A stretch of 64,000 bases of DNA. Origin: Ruminococcus sp. (lineage in GTDB: Bacteria > Bacillota > Clostridia > Oscillospirales > Acutalibacteraceae). Every line of letters starts with the position of its first letter. The stretch's first letter is position 1. The notes under the pieces were generated by a model. The model saw only the letters and a program-made list of their open reading frames with translations. It was not told the origin of the DNA and ran no database searches. The stretch lies in the NCBI GenBank assembly GCA_022511005.1, contig JAFLSJ010000002.1, positions 6,392-70,391 on the forward strand, given 5' to 3'. The position numbers and the translations under genes are program-made. Positions 31,647 through 42,236 of this stretch are shown here, piece after piece.

Positions 31647-34028
31647 TTATCCCAAAACTTTTTTTGCTGTATCCACGCTTTCCTTAGCGTCTTTACAGTA
31701 ATAATCTGCACCGATTTTCATAGCGTAATCTTCCGTTAAAACTGCGCCTCCTACAAACACAACGCACTTGCTTGAGCCGTCAGGATTTTGAAGCTCTTTT
31801 GTGTTTCTTACAAGAGTAATGGTATCTTCCATACTCTTTAATGTTGTGGTCATTAAGGCAGACAGACCTATCATTTTAATATCCTGCTTAATGGCAGTAT
31901 CGACAATAAGCTGAGGGTCTACATCCCTGCCTAAATCAACGACGGTATAGCCGTAATTATCAAGCAATACCTTTACTATATTTTTACCTATATCGTGAAT
32001 ATCGCCTTTAACGGTTGCCAATATAATTTTACCCTTGCTTACAGCAACATTATTTTCTGCTGTAAGCTTTTTCTTTATAACATCAAAGCATGCCTGAGCG
32101 GTATTTGCACTCTGAATAAGCTGTGGTAAAAAGATTTTGCCTTTTTCAAAATCTTCTCCCACCTTATCAAGGGCGGGGATTAGCTTATTATTTATTATTT
32201 CCATAGCGTCAGTACTTTGCAAAAGTTCTTCTGTTGCCTTAGCACCTTCATCTTTAAGACCGTTCATAACAGCGTAATTAAGGTCATGCTTAGAGGTATT
32301 ATCAGAAGTTTTCTGAGGAGTAAACTCATTATAGCTTTCAATAAAGCTTCTTGAGTTTTCATCAATATTTGCAAGTACCTTATACGCTCTTACCGCGCCT
32401 GTCATTGACTCAACATTCGGATTGATTATAGGTAAATCAAGACCCTCCTGCAACGCCATAGTTAAAAATGTGCTGTTTACAAGCTCTCTGTTGGGAAGTC
32501 CGAAGGAGATATTTGAAACGCCCAGCACAGTTCTGCAACCAAGTTCAGTTTTTACTCTATGCAAAGCCTCTAAAGTCTGCATAACTCCTTCTTGCTCGGC
32601 AGATGCCGTAAGGGTTAAGCAATCAATAAAAATATCTTCTCTGCCGATTCCGTACTGCTCTGCACGGTCAACAATTCTTTTGGCTATATCAAATCTGCCC
32701 TGAGCCGTTTTTGGAATTCCGTTTTCATCAAGAGTTAATCCAACAACCGACGCACCGTATTTTTTAGCAAGAGGCAAAATACTTTCAAGACTTTTTTCCT
32801 CACCGTTCACAGAATTTATAATTGCCTTTCCGTTATAAACTCTCAGTCCTGCCTCTACTACATCGGGCTTTGTGGAGTCAATTTGAAGAGGTACATCAAC
32901 AACAGACTGGAGCGCTTTAACAGTACGTACCATCATAGCTTTTTCATCTATTTCAGGCAAACCTACATTTACATCAAGAATATCTGCACCGCCCTGTACC
33001 TGTGATACAGCCTGATTTAAAATGTAGTTCATATCATTATTTTTAAGAGCCTCTTTAAAAAGCTTTTTGCCTGTAGGGTTAATTCTTTCGCCGATAATTC
33101 TCGGCTGATTAATTAAAACTGTGGTACTTGCACTGCAAATAACAGATTTTTTCTCATTTTCTTTTCTTCGGAATTTTTCTGTTTTTAAAGCAGAGGAAAG
33201 CTCTTTAATATATTCAGGAGTTGTACCGCAGCAGCCGCCTGTAACCTTAACTCCTAAATCAAGCATTTTTAAAATACTTTGTGTAAAATCCTTTGGATTA
33301 ACATCATAGGTATTGCTGTTAGGGTCGGGAAGACCTGCATTTGGCTTTACAACAATAGGAAGGTCAGTCCAAAGTGACATTTCCTCTACAATTGGTAAAA
33401 GTTCTTCAGGACCTAAAGAGCAGTTTACGCCAATTGCATCAACGCCTAATCCTGACAGTGTAATCGCCATTGACGATACGGAAACGCCTGTAAAAGTACG
33501 CTTGTTTTGCTCAAAGGTCATTGTACAAATTATAGGTTTATGGGAATTTTCTTTTGCTGCAAGGACTGCCGCTTTAATTTCAAGCAAGTCAGTCATTGTT
33601 TCAAAAACAATTAAGTCTGCATCTTTTCCTGCAACAATTTGCTCTTTAAAAATATTATAAGCATCTTCAAAGCTCAATGAGCCTGTAGGCTCTAAAAGCT
33701 GACCCACAGGGCCTATATCAAGTGCTACTAAAGTATCGGTATTTTCCGCAGCTTTTTTAGCCGCCTTAACAGCCTGAGGAATAATTTCATTTACCGTATA
33801 TCCGCTGTTTTTAAGCTTATAGCTATTGGCACCGAATGTATTTGTATAAACAACATCAGCACCTGCCTCTATATACTGTTTATGGATATCAGCAATCTGC
33901 TCATTATGGGTCACACAGAGAATCTCCGGCATTTCGCCTAAAGGAAGTCCTGCTTTTTGAAGCATAGTTCCCATTGCACCATCAAGCATTACAAATTCTT
34001 TATCTAATAATAAACTTTTAAAATCCAC
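31647..34028 (-). CDS. metH: Cobalamin-dependent methionine synthase lacking the activation domain
   Basis: DGAMGT, NCS, GGCCG, GERINPTG, GDIHDIGKN B12 motif. Confidence 0.93.
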   Translation of the reverse strand: MDFKSLLLDKEFVMLDGAMGTMLQKAGLPLGEMPEILCVTHNEQIADIHKQYIEAGADVVYTNTFGANSYKLKNSGYTVNEIIPQAVKAAKKAAENTDTLVALDIGPVGQLLEPTGSLSFEDAYNIFKEQIVAGKDADLIVFETMTDLLEIKAAVLAAKENSHKPIICTMTFEQNKRTFTGVSVSSMAITLSGLGVDAIGVNCSLGPEELLPIVEEMSLWTDLPIVVKPNAGLPDPNSNTYDVNPKDFTQSILKMLDLGVKVTGGCCGTTPEYIKELSSALKTEKFRRKENEKKSVICSASTTVLINQPRIIGERINPTGKKLFKEALKNNDMNYILNQAVSQVQGGADILDVNVGLPEIDEKAMMVRTVKALQSVVDVPLQIDSTKPDVVEAGLRVYNGKAIINSVNGEEKSLESILPLAKKYGASVVGLTLDENGIPKTAQGRFDIAKRIVDRAEQYGIGREDIFIDCLTLTASAEQEGVMQTLEALHRVKTELGCRTVLGVSNISFGLPNRELVNSTFLTMALQEGLDLPIINPNVESMTGAVRAYKVLANIDENSRSFIESYNEFTPQKTSDNTSKHDLNYAVMNGLKDEGAKATEELLQSTDAMEIINNKLIPALDKVGEDFEKGKIFLPQLIQSANTAQACFDVIKKKLTAENNVAVSKGKIILATVKGDIHDIGKNIVKVLLDNYGYTVVDLGRDVDPQLIVDTAIKQDIKMIGLSALMTTTLKSMEDTITLVRNTKELQNPDGSSKCVVFVGGAVLTEDYAMKIGADYYCKDAKESVDTAKKVLG

Positions 34029-34662
34029 AATGTGAACCTGCCTTTCTATAACGGCAATTGCCTTTTAAAGAGCAAACCGCACAACCTCTTTTTCTCTGTT
34101 CTATCTCATTTTCGGACACTCCTACTATCGCCGTAACAGACTTTGTGGGAGTAAGTAAAAAATTATCATTTGTACAAAGACCGATTTTTCTCGGTGCATC
34201 TAAAATATTCAGAAATTGCTTCTGTAGGCTTATGGGATAATCACCATACCCCGGACTAAATCGGAAAGTCAAATATTGTCCGCTGTATTTTTCTGCAATT
34301 ATTTCATCAATCGAACAGCATACCTGTTCAATTGCAACGCTTGCAAAGCTGTCAAGTACAACAGCTTTTGCCATGTCCAAAAGCTGGGTTTTTCTTATTA
34401 AATTATCTATACTGTTTCCCAAGGTTGCACACATAACAATTGCTTTTTGACAACCTTGCAAATGACCTTTGATATCATTACCTTCCAAAAGCTCCGCAGT
34501 ATTTACGGAAACTTCCTTATACAAATATTTAGGTTCTGCATTTTTTAAAACTTCCTGTTCACAAATATCAAGCAGTTCTTCCATTTTGCTGTTCATCTGA
34601 ACTTTTGCATTACCTAAATATCTGACACATTCCTGTCTGTTCAAAGAAGAAAGTTCTATCAT
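34018..34662 (-). CDS. Stand-alone methionine synthase activation-domain protein
   Basis: RFSPGYGD, PTKSVTA, C-terminal CxxC..C; overlaps metH and metF. Confidence 0.88.
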   Translation of the reverse strand: MIELSSLNRQECVRYLGNAKVQMNSKMEELLDICEQEVLKNAEPKYLYKEVSVNTAELLEGNDIKGHLQGCQKAIVMCATLGNSIDNLIRKTQLLDMAKAVVLDSFASVAIEQVCCSIDEIIAEKYSGQYLTFRFSPGYGDYPISLQKQFLNILDAPRKIGLCTNDNFLLTPTKSVTAIVGVSENEIEQRKRGCAVCSLKGNCRYRKAGSHCGF

Positions 34663-35522
34663 AATAAATTATTTATAGCTCCCTTTATTTTTGTTGCTAC
34701 ATAAGGATTATTCATTGTATAAAGATGTATTCCGTCCACATCATTTGCAATCAAATCTACGATCTGCTCAATTGCATAAGCAATTCCTGCGTCACGAAGT
34801 GCCTCAGGATTATTCTCATACTTTTGCATAATTTTAGAAAACTTACCCGGCAGGCTTACTCCGCACATTGATACCATTCGCTCAATTTGCTTTTTATTTG
34901 TAACAGGCATAATACCCGCTTCAATTGGAACATTGATTCCTGCAATTTTTGTGCTTTCATAAAATCTGTAAAAGGCACTGTTATCGAAAAATAACTGGCT
35001 AATTAGAAATTCTGCACCGTTATCTACTTTTTTCTTTAAGTTTATAATATCCTCTACCTGATTTTCGGCGTCAACATGAACCTCAGGGTAACAAGCTCCT
35101 GCAAGATTAAAGTTACCCTTTGTTTTTATGTATTCACAAAGCTCGCTGGCATATCTGAAATCTGTTTTGGGCTCAAGGTCGGGAACTATATCTCCCCTCA
35201 ACGCAAGAATATTTTCTATGTTTTCTTTTTGCAAATCTTCTAAAACTTTGTCTATATCTTCCTTATTGCTGTTAATACAGGTCAAATGAGCTAAGGCTTC
35301 AATTCCATATTCATTTTTAATTTTTGAAGCAATCTCCAAGGTTTTGCCGGGGTTGCTTCCCCCTGCACCGTAAGTAATGCTGAAATAATCAGGTGAAAGT
35401 TCTTTCATCTGTTCAAGTGCATTTAAGATTGTTTCTACCGGTGAAGTCTTCTTGGGAGGAAAAACCTCAAAGGAAAAAATTGTTTTACCTTGTTTAAATT
35501 TATCTGCAATCCGCATTTTCAT
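34659..35522 (-). CDS. metF: Methylenetetrahydrofolate reductase
   Basis: SFEVFPPK, TYGAGG, ALRGD, SQLFFD, HLYTMN. Confidence 0.95.
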   Translation of the reverse strand: MKMRIADKFKQGKTIFSFEVFPPKKTSPVETILNALEQMKELSPDYFSITYGAGGSNPGKTLEIASKIKNEYGIEALAHLTCINSNKEDIDKVLEDLQKENIENILALRGDIVPDLEPKTDFRYASELCEYIKTKGNFNLAGACYPEVHVDAENQVEDIINLKKKVDNGAEFLISQLFFDNSAFYRFYESTKIAGINVPIEAGIMPVTNKKQIERMVSMCGVSLPGKFSKIMQKYENNPEALRDAGIAYAIEQIVDLIANDVDGIHLYTMNNPYVATKIKGAINNLL

Positions 35523-35612
35523 ATGCCTCCGAATTATAATTCTATATTTATTAACTTACGTATAAATATAACACAATAACATATTTTTAACAAGTTTTAA
35601 AATATTTCAATT

Positions 35613-36620
35613 TTATGTATTGTACTGCTTATAAACATCCTTTAAATATTCAGAAAACTCCTCAACTGCATTATTGGGTGCGAGAAGCTTAACCTTTGTG
35701 CCAAGTGCAAACAGCCATCCGAAAAACTGCGGACTTAACACAACCTTTACTGTAACACAAAATGTATCATCACTTTCTCTTGATACAAAAACATTTTTTC
35801 CGAATCTGTCAACAATTACGCCGATAAATGAATTATCAACCGAAAGGTCAACCGTTGTTTCTTTTCCTCCGAACATTGAGAAAACTGATTTTGTATAAGA
35901 AGCAACATCAAACTTTTCAAAAGAGCTTTCACCTTCTCTTTCGACCTCTGAAATCATAATATCCTGCATTTTATCAACACGGTAATGCTTTAGCTTTTCA
36001 GATTCCTTTTCGTATGCAATAAGGTAGTAGTTTTCATCATCCCAGCTCAGTGCCCATGGAGATACCCTGTATAGTTCACCGTTTCTTCTGGGTTGCTTTT
36101 TAATTCTTTCAACATCGTTAAAATCAAGAACCCATTTGTCATATATAAAGGTAATTTGTTTTCCCGAGGATAATGCATTGTGCAGGGTATCTACATTATA
36201 ATAAATTTTTTCGTTAAGAGTTTTTACTCTGTTAGTTACAAAAACCTGTCTTTGTAAAAGCTTTGCATCATTTACTGAGCATAGCTTTTCAAGCTTACCT
36301 ATCAGCTCCATACTCTTTTTGGTTGTAATAAATTTTGAGCTTTGAATTGCATCTACCAAAAGCTTAAGCTCAGGCATCTGAAAGTCTCTAATTCCGATAT
36401 AATATCCTGTTGAGGTAGTTTTTTCCTTACAAATATCAAGACCGAATTTTGAAAGTGTTTCTAAGTCGCTGTATATACTTTTTCTCTCCGCAGTAATTCC
36501 TTGACGGGAAAGCTCTTCTATTATTTCATTTACGGTGATTTTATGATTTTCATCAGTTTTTTCTAAAAGAATTTTTGCTATATAGAGTATTTTTTCTTTT
36601 TGTCTTGAAGCTCTTGCCAT
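35613..36620 (-). CDS. HTH-WYL(-WCX) domain transcriptional regulator
   Basis: N-terminal wHTH (ERKSIYSD), SPWAL...YYLIA...YRVDKM WYL core. Confidence 0.88.
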   Translation of the reverse strand: MARASRQKEKILYIAKILLEKTDENHKITVNEIIEELSRQGITAERKSIYSDLETLSKFGLDICKEKTTSTGYYIGIRDFQMPELKLLVDAIQSSKFITTKKSMELIGKLEKLCSVNDAKLLQRQVFVTNRVKTLNEKIYYNVDTLHNALSSGKQITFIYDKWVLDFNDVERIKKQPRRNGELYRVSPWALSWDDENYYLIAYEKESEKLKHYRVDKMQDIMISEVEREGESSFEKFDVASYTKSVFSMFGGKETTVDLSVDNSFIGVIVDRFGKNVFVSRESDDTFCVTVKVVLSPQFFGWLFALGTKVKLLAPNNAVEEFSEYLKDVYKQYNT

Positions 36621-36644
36621 AATAAAAATCCTTTCAAAATAATT

Positions 36645-37571
36645 TTATGCAATCATTGTTGCAACTGAAATTATAAGCGGCATTGTTATAATTGAAATTA
36701 ATGTTGTTGCAGAAACTATTCCAACCGAAAGCTTAACATCTGCTTTGAACTTTGTTGCAAACATTGTGGTAGTTGCCGCAACAGGTGCGGCTGAAGCAAT
36801 AGTACAGGCAACGAGAATATCCCCTCTTATACCGCATAAATACATAATTGTAAGGGATAAAACAGGAATTAAAATCAATCTCATTCCAATTGAAACATAC
36901 GCCCACTTGTCCTTGAAAATTTCTTTAAGCTTTGACTGAGATAAATGGTACCCAATAATAATCATCGGTACAGGTGTATTCAGATTTGCAAGATATTCAA
37001 CGGGAGTTGAAATAACATTAGGAAGCGTAATTGAAAGCAAAAACAGAATAAGTCCTATTATAACTCCTAAAATACCTGGATTTAATGCAAGTTTTTTTAT
37101 GGAAAGTTCTTTTTTATTTCCGCTCATTGCATAAAGTCCGTAAGTCCATATAATAATATTAAAAACAGCTACAAATACCGAGCCGTAGAATACACCGTCG
37201 GTACCTAAAATTGCAGACTGCAAAGGTAAAGACATAAATCCGCAGTTTGAAAAAACCGTACCGAATTTAAGCACCTTATTTCTTGAAATATTCTTATCTC
37301 TGAAAATAATATTGCAAATTATAATTGAACCGATAATTATTGCCACTGAACACAACGCAGTAATACCTAAATTTAAAAGCATAGCCGCATCAAATTTTCT
37401 TTGAAAAGCGTTAATCATAACGCAGGGCGTAACAATATATAAAACAATATCCGTTAATTTTGCGGGGGCATTGTCGTTTAAAAATTTTGATTTACCGCAA
37501 ACAAAACCTATACCGATAAGAATAAATAAAATTATTACCTGCTGTGAAACCATCAAAAAATTTTCTGTCAT
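36645..37571 (-). CDS. AEC (auxin efflux carrier/malate permease) family transporter
   Basis: About 10 TMs, NCGFMSLP, PVAA motifs; start uncertain (37571 or 37601). Confidence 0.85.
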   Translation of the reverse strand: MTENFLMVSQQVIILFILIGIGFVCGKSKFLNDNAPAKLTDIVLYIVTPCVMINAFQRKFDAAMLLNLGITALCSVAIIIGSIIICNIIFRDKNISRNKVLKFGTVFSNCGFMSLPLQSAILGTDGVFYGSVFVAVFNIIIWTYGLYAMSGNKKELSIKKLALNPGILGVIIGLILFLLSITLPNVISTPVEYLANLNTPVPMIIIGYHLSQSKLKEIFKDKWAYVSIGMRLILIPVLSLTIMYLCGIRGDILVACTIASAAPVAATTTMFATKFKADVKLSVGIVSATTLISIITMPLIISVATMIA

Positions 37572-37740
37572 AAATGAATATATCACTCTTTTCTTGTACA
37601 AACTGTCAATATTATTATATCATGGACACCTACAAATACAATATTTTGATAAAAAACATTTTAATTTGTTGATAAGTGTATCTAAAAAAAGCCAATTTTT
37701 ACTAAAAATTTATATGAAAAGCTGAATTTCACTCACTTTG

Positions 37741-37769
37741 TTGACTTTTTAAATACGTAAATGTATAAT
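37741..37769 (+). promoter_or_regulatory. Strong sigma-A promoter of the histone-like gene
   Basis: TTGACT, 17 nt, TATAAT. Confidence 0.75.
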
Positions 37770-37850
37770 TGACTGCGTAAAAATAGGTCAGGTTAGTTTA
37801 CTTATTTTATTTTATTTAATTCTTAAAGAATTAGAAAGAGGGAAATAATC

Positions 37851-38216
37851 ATGGCAACAACAAAGAAAACAGCTGCAACTAAAGCAGCAGAAACAAAAAC
37901 AGAAGAAAAAAAGACAGCTACTAAGGCTGCAACAAAAACTACAGCTACCAAAACTGCTGAAAAGAAAACTACAAAAAAAACAGCTGCTAAAAAGCCTGCT
38001 GTAAAGAAAACTGCTCCTAAAAAACCAACAGAAAAAGTTGAAGTTTTCGTTGAGTTCGGCGGCGTTCAGGTTGCTATTGATGAAGTAGTAAGCAATGTAA
38101 AAGCTACTTACGGTAAAGAAGCTAAAGATATTAAGGTATATGTAAAGCCTGATGAAAGTAAGGCTTATTTCGTAGCAGACGGCGTTGAAGGCGAAATGGA
38201 TGTTTATTTCTGCTAA
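37851..38216 (+). CDS. Lys/Ala/Thr-rich histone-H1-like protein with DUF6465-like C-terminal domain
   Basis: About 60-aa KKTAAKKPAVKK tail, then VFVEFGG..KVYVKPDESKAYFV; strong RBS, promoter and terminator. Confidence 0.8.
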   Translation: MATTKKTAATKAAETKTEEKKTATKAATKTTATKTAEKKTTKKTAAKKPAVKKTAPKKPTEKVEVFVEFGGVQVAIDEVVSNVKATYGKEAKDIKVYVKPDESKAYFVADGVEGEMDVYFC

Positions 38217-38239
38217 TTAATTATTGTATTAAGTTTTCC

Positions 38240-38267
38240 AGACAGAGCTTTTCGGCTCTGTCTTTTT
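38240..38267 (+). terminator. Intrinsic terminator
   Basis: agacagagc/gctctgtct stem followed by a T-run. Confidence 0.85.
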
Positions 38268-38371
38268 GTTTTGCTTAATTAATCTGATATTAAATTTACA
38301 TTAAGGAGTTTTGCAATGTGCAGATTGATTGACATTTTAATGTTGATAATAAGGTATGTAATTTTAGAAGC

Positions 38372-38568
38372 TTAGGGTTACCCCCCTTGCGGTTTCCCGA
38401 ATATCAAAGGAAACATTTAATTTAACTCGTAGGGGCTGATGAAAGCATCAACCCTAATTTGATATAAAAACTTTTCTTAAACTTCGTAGGGACAACCCTT
38501 GCGGTTGTCCAAAAATTTCCATTTAACCTTTCCTATTATTTTCAGGCGACCGCAAAGGCCGCCCCTAC
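38372..38568. repeat. Cluster of four GTAG-type REP-like palindromes (three direct, one inverted)
   Basis: Units at 38372, 38429, 38486 (57-bp period) and an inverted unit at 38545-38568, e.g. GTAGGGACAACCcttgcGGTTGTCC. Confidence 0.7.
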
Positions 38569-38732
38569 AATTATATAAAAAACATTTATACTCATCTGTC
38601 AAGTTTTAATTGTTACTAAATAGTAGAGGTTGTCTCAAAACTCAATTCGTTTTGAGACAACCCCTTTTTGTTATATTTATTCACTTTGCTACACATTATA
38701 AATATGAAATAAGTTTTGTTTGTAAAACACCA

Positions 38733-38785
38733 TTGACAAATACCCTATATGGGTATATTATTTTACTATACCCTATTAGGGTATA
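38733..38785 (+). promoter_or_regulatory. csoR-copA promoter with two CsoR-type operators
   Basis: TTGACA 38733, 17 nt, TATTAT 38756; palindromes ATACCCtatatGGGTAT (38740-38756) and TATACCCtattaGGGTATA (38767-38785). Confidence 0.85.
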
Positions 38786-38808
38786 ATTTGTGTGAAAGAG
38801 GCTTTGTA

Positions 38809-39108
38809 ATGGAAAAAGAATGCTGTGGTAATAAAACAAAAGAACGCTCTGAAAAAGAATACAAAAGCTTAATTAACCGCCTTAACCGAATTGAGGGTCA
38901 AATTCGTGGAATTAAAGGAATGGTTGAAAAAAACGCTTACTGTACCGATATATTAGTTCAGGTTGCCGCTGCGAATGCGGCTCTTAATGCCTTTAACAAA
39001 GAGCTTCTTGCTAACCACATAAAAACCTGTGTTGCAGATGATATCAGAAGCGGAAAAAACGAAACCGTTGACGAATTAGTTGCAACATTGCAAAAGCTGA
39101 TGAAATAG
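38809..39108 (+). CDS. csoR: Copper-sensing repressor CsoR
   Basis: RLNRIEGQIRGI, C..H...C ligands; start at ATG 38809; upstream of a P1B ATPase. Confidence 0.9.
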   Translation: MEKECCGNKTKERSEKEYKSLINRLNRIEGQIRGIKGMVEKNAYCTDILVQVAAANAALNAFNKELLANHIKTCVADDIRSGKNETVDELVATLQKLMK

Positions 39109-39117
39109 AGGTTAATT

Positions 39118-41631
39118 ATGAAACAATTTAATGTTACAGGTATGAGCTGTGCCGCTTGCAGTACAAGAGTTGAAAAGGCTGTTTTAAAAGTTGCAGGGGT
39201 TACCTCCTGCTCTGTAAGCCTGCTGACAAACTCAATGGGAGTTGAGGGTACTGCAACAGCAGAAGAAATCATTTCTGCTGTTGAAAATGCAGGATATGGT
39301 GCAACTTTGAAAAGTAAGAGTATTAATACCAGTTCTTCTGAAAAATCAGAGAACGATTTTTTAAAAGATACGGAAACTCCCAAGCTAAAAAAAAGATTAA
39401 TTGCCTCCCTTGTGTTTTTAGCGGTACTTATGTATGTATCAATGGGACATATGATGTGGGGATTTCCCCTGCCTGAATTTATGGCGGAAAACCATATTGC
39501 AATGGGACTTGTCCAACTGCTTTTAACAGTGGCGGTTATGGTTATTAACCAAAAGTTTTTTGTAAGCGGTTTTAAAGGTCTGATAAACCGCTCACCCAAT
39601 ATGGATACACTTGTTGCCTTAGGTTCGGGAGCGGCATTTGTTTACAGCACCTATGCCCTGTTTGCTATGACTGACGCACAGCTTAACGGAAATGTACAGC
39701 AGGTTATGACGCTTATGCACGAATTTTATTTTGAATCTGCGGCTACGATTTTAACCTTAATAACCGTTGGTAAAATGCTTGAAGCAAGGTCAAAGGGAAG
39801 AACAACAGACGCACTTAAAGGGCTGATGAAGCTTACTCCTAAAAAGGCAACTGTTTTAATTGATAATGTTGAAACGGATGTACAAATTGAACAAGTTAAA
39901 AAAGGCGATATATTCGTTGTCCGTCCCGGAGAAAATATCCCTGTTGACGGAGTTATAATTGAGGGAAACAGTGCTGTTAATGAATCTGCCCTGACGGGAG
40001 AAAGCATACCCGTTGATAAAGAAAAGGGCGATTTAGTATCTGCCGCAACAATAAATCAATCGGGATTTATTAAATGCGAAGCAACAAGAGTAGGAGAAGA
40101 TACCACTCTTTCACAAATTATAAAAATGGTCAGCGATGCCGCCGCAACTAAAGCACCTATTGCTAAAGTCGCAGACAAGGTTTCGGGAGTATTTGTACCT
40201 GCCATTATCATAATTGCGATTATTACTGCAATTATCTGGCTGTTTGTTGGAGAGAGCATAGGCTTTTCCCTTGCAAGAGCAATTACCGTTTTAGTTATCA
40301 GTTGTCCCTGTGCGTTAGGTCTTGCAACTCCTGTTGCAATTATGGTCGGCAACGGAATGGGTGCAAAAAACGGAATTTTATTTAAAACCGCTTCCTCTCT
40401 TGAAGAAGCAGGCAGAACGCAAATTGTTGTGCTTGACAAAACAGGAACTATTACAAGCGGAGAACCAAAGGTAACCGATATTATTCCTTTGGGTATATCG
40501 GAAAACAATCTGCTTGAAATTGCATATTCTCTTGAAAACAAAAGCGAACACCCTCTTGCAAAGGCCATAATTCTAAAAGCTAAAGAGAAAAATATAAAAT
40601 CCTTTGAAGTTTCAGATTTTAAAGCTATGGCAGGAAACGGACTGACCGCAAAACAAAACGACAGCACACTTTTCGGCGGAAGTAAAAAGTTTATAAGCAC
40701 CGTTACAAAGATTCCCTCTGAACTTAATTCAACTGCTGAAAAGCTTTCCGACGAGGGTAAAACACCTTTATTTTTTGCAAAAGACAATACCCTTTTAGGA
40801 ATAATTGCAGTTGCCGACACAATTAAAGAAGACAGTCCTCAGGCAATTAAAGAGTTACAGGATATGGGAATATCTGTTGTAATGCTGACAGGTGATAATG
40901 AAAAAACTGCTAATGCAATCGGAAAACAAGCAGGTGTTGATAAGGTCATAGCAGGAGTACTTCCCGAAGGAAAAGAAAATGCAATTAAAAACTTAAAACA
41001 ACAAGGCAAGGTTATTATGGTAGGTGACGGAATTAATGACGCCCCTGCTCTTACAAGGGCAGACATAGGAATAGCTATCGGCGCAGGAACAGATATTGCC
41101 ATTGATGCTGCCGATGTCGTTCTTATGAAAAGCAAGTTAAGCGATGTTCCGGCGGCGATAAGATTAAGTCGTGCAACCTTGCGAAATATTTACGAAAACC
41201 TGTTCTGGGCTTTTATTTATAATGTTATGGGTATTCCCCTTGCGGCAGGCGCATTTACTCAGCTTTTCGGCTGGTCATTAAATCCTATGTTTGCCGCCGC
41301 CGCTATGAGTTTATCAAGTTTTTGTGTTGTATCTAACGCATTAAGGCTGAATTTCTTTAATATACGCAATCCAAAAAAATTCAATAAAACTAATAAAATT
41401 AATATTACAGTAAAGGAGAAACAGACTATGGAAAAAACAATAAAAATTGAAGGCATGATGTGCCCCCACTGCGAGGCAACCGTTAAAAAGTGCTTAGAGG
41501 AATTTAAAGAGGTAGATACCGCTTTGGTGAGCCATGAAAAGGGTACGGCAGTATTGACTTTAAATTCTGATATTTCAGAAGAAGTTCTGAAAAAAGCCAT
41601 TGAAGAAAAGGGCTATAAGGTTTTAGATTAA
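39118..41631 (+). CDS. copA: Copper-translocating P1B-type ATPase with N- and C-terminal HMA domains
   Basis: GMSCAAC, TGES, CPC, DKTGT, EHP, GDGIND, YN..MSLSS, C-terminal GMMCPHC. Confidence 0.93.
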   Translation: MKQFNVTGMSCAACSTRVEKAVLKVAGVTSCSVSLLTNSMGVEGTATAEEIISAVENAGYGATLKSKSINTSSSEKSENDFLKDTETPKLKKRLIASLVFLAVLMYVSMGHMMWGFPLPEFMAENHIAMGLVQLLLTVAVMVINQKFFVSGFKGLINRSPNMDTLVALGSGAAFVYSTYALFAMTDAQLNGNVQQVMTLMHEFYFESAATILTLITVGKMLEARSKGRTTDALKGLMKLTPKKATVLIDNVETDVQIEQVKKGDIFVVRPGENIPVDGVIIEGNSAVNESALTGESIPVDKEKGDLVSAATINQSGFIKCEATRVGEDTTLSQIIKMVSDAAATKAPIAKVADKVSGVFVPAIIIIAIITAIIWLFVGESIGFSLARAITVLVISCPCALGLATPVAIMVGNGMGAKNGILFKTASSLEEAGRTQIVVLDKTGTITSGEPKVTDIIPLGISENNLLEIAYSLENKSEHPLAKAIILKAKEKNIKSFEVSDFKAMAGNGLTAKQNDSTLFGGSKKFISTVTKIPSELNSTAEKLSDEGKTPLFFAKDNTLLGIIAVADTIKEDSPQAIKELQDMGISVVMLTGDNEKTANAIGKQAGVDKVIAGVLPEGKENAIKNLKQQGKVIMVGDGINDAPALTRADIGIAIGAGTDIAIDAADVVLMKSKLSDVPAAIRLSRATLRNIYENLFWAFIYNVMGIPLAAGAFTQLFGWSLNPMFAAAAMSLSSFCVVSNALRLNFFNIRNPKKFNKTNKINITVKEKQTMEKTIKIEGMMCPHCEATVKKCLEEFKEVDTALVSHEKGTAVLTLNSDISEEVLKKAIEEKGYKVLD

Positions 41632-41716
41632 TTAAGTTCAATAAAACGTTGTTTTCTTGATAAAACCCATTAAAATGGGAATACTTCTTTTATAAAATAA
41701 AAGGAGGAAAGCATTT

Positions 41717-42151
41717 ATGATTGAACCGGATACAATAAAGTTATTACGCGAATGTGACGCAGGAGTAAAGATGGGCGTTGCGGCAATTAATGATGTTTTA
41801 GATTATGTCCACGATGAAGATTTAAAGCAATACCTGACCAACTGTAAAAATGAGAATGATAAGTTGGATACTGAAATTCAAGAGGAGTTGGACAGATACG
41901 AGGATGAGGGAAAAGACCCTAATCCGATTGCAAAAGGTATGTCATGGATGAAAACCAATGTAAAGCTTGTGATGAACGAGTCTGACAGTACAATTGCTGA
42001 TTTAATAACAGACGGATGTAATATGGGTGTAAAATCTCTCAATAGATACCTTAATCAATATAAGGCGGCAGATGAAAAATCTAAGGATATTACTAAACGG
42101 CTTATAAATCTGGAAGAAAGACTGGCAATAGATATACGCAGATTTTTATAA
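41717..42151 (+). CDS. Conserved hypothetical helical protein (possibly ferritin-like/sporulation related)
   Basis: Strong RBS AAGGAGG, 144 aa, predicted all-helical. Confidence 0.6.
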   Translation: MIEPDTIKLLRECDAGVKMGVAAINDVLDYVHDEDLKQYLTNCKNENDKLDTEIQEELDRYEDEGKDPNPIAKGMSWMKTNVKLVMNESDSTIADLITDGCNMGVKSLNRYLNQYKAADEKSKDITKRLINLEERLAIDIRRFL

Positions 42152-42236
42152 TCATAATCCCGAACGTTTACGTTCGGGATTATGCGTGTGGATAAACCTA
42201 TAATACGGAAACAGAACAATGAATTATCGGTCTGTT

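Noticed and set aside
31647-34662. Split methionine synthase as a novelty
   Set aside because: A separate activation-domain gene is a known arrangement (e.g. Thermotoga and many Clostridia)
35523-35612. SAM or cobalamin riboswitch upstream of metF-metH
   Set aside because: 90-bp AT-rich gap with no aptamer consensus
35613-36620. Anti-phage defence island around the WYL gene
   Set aside because: Neighbours are metabolic and transport genes; no nuclease, helicase or toxin nearby
38372-38568. Mini CRISPR array (57-bp periodicity)
   Set aside because: Units are poorly identical, one is inverted, and there are no cas genes; GTAG+hairpin fits REP elements better
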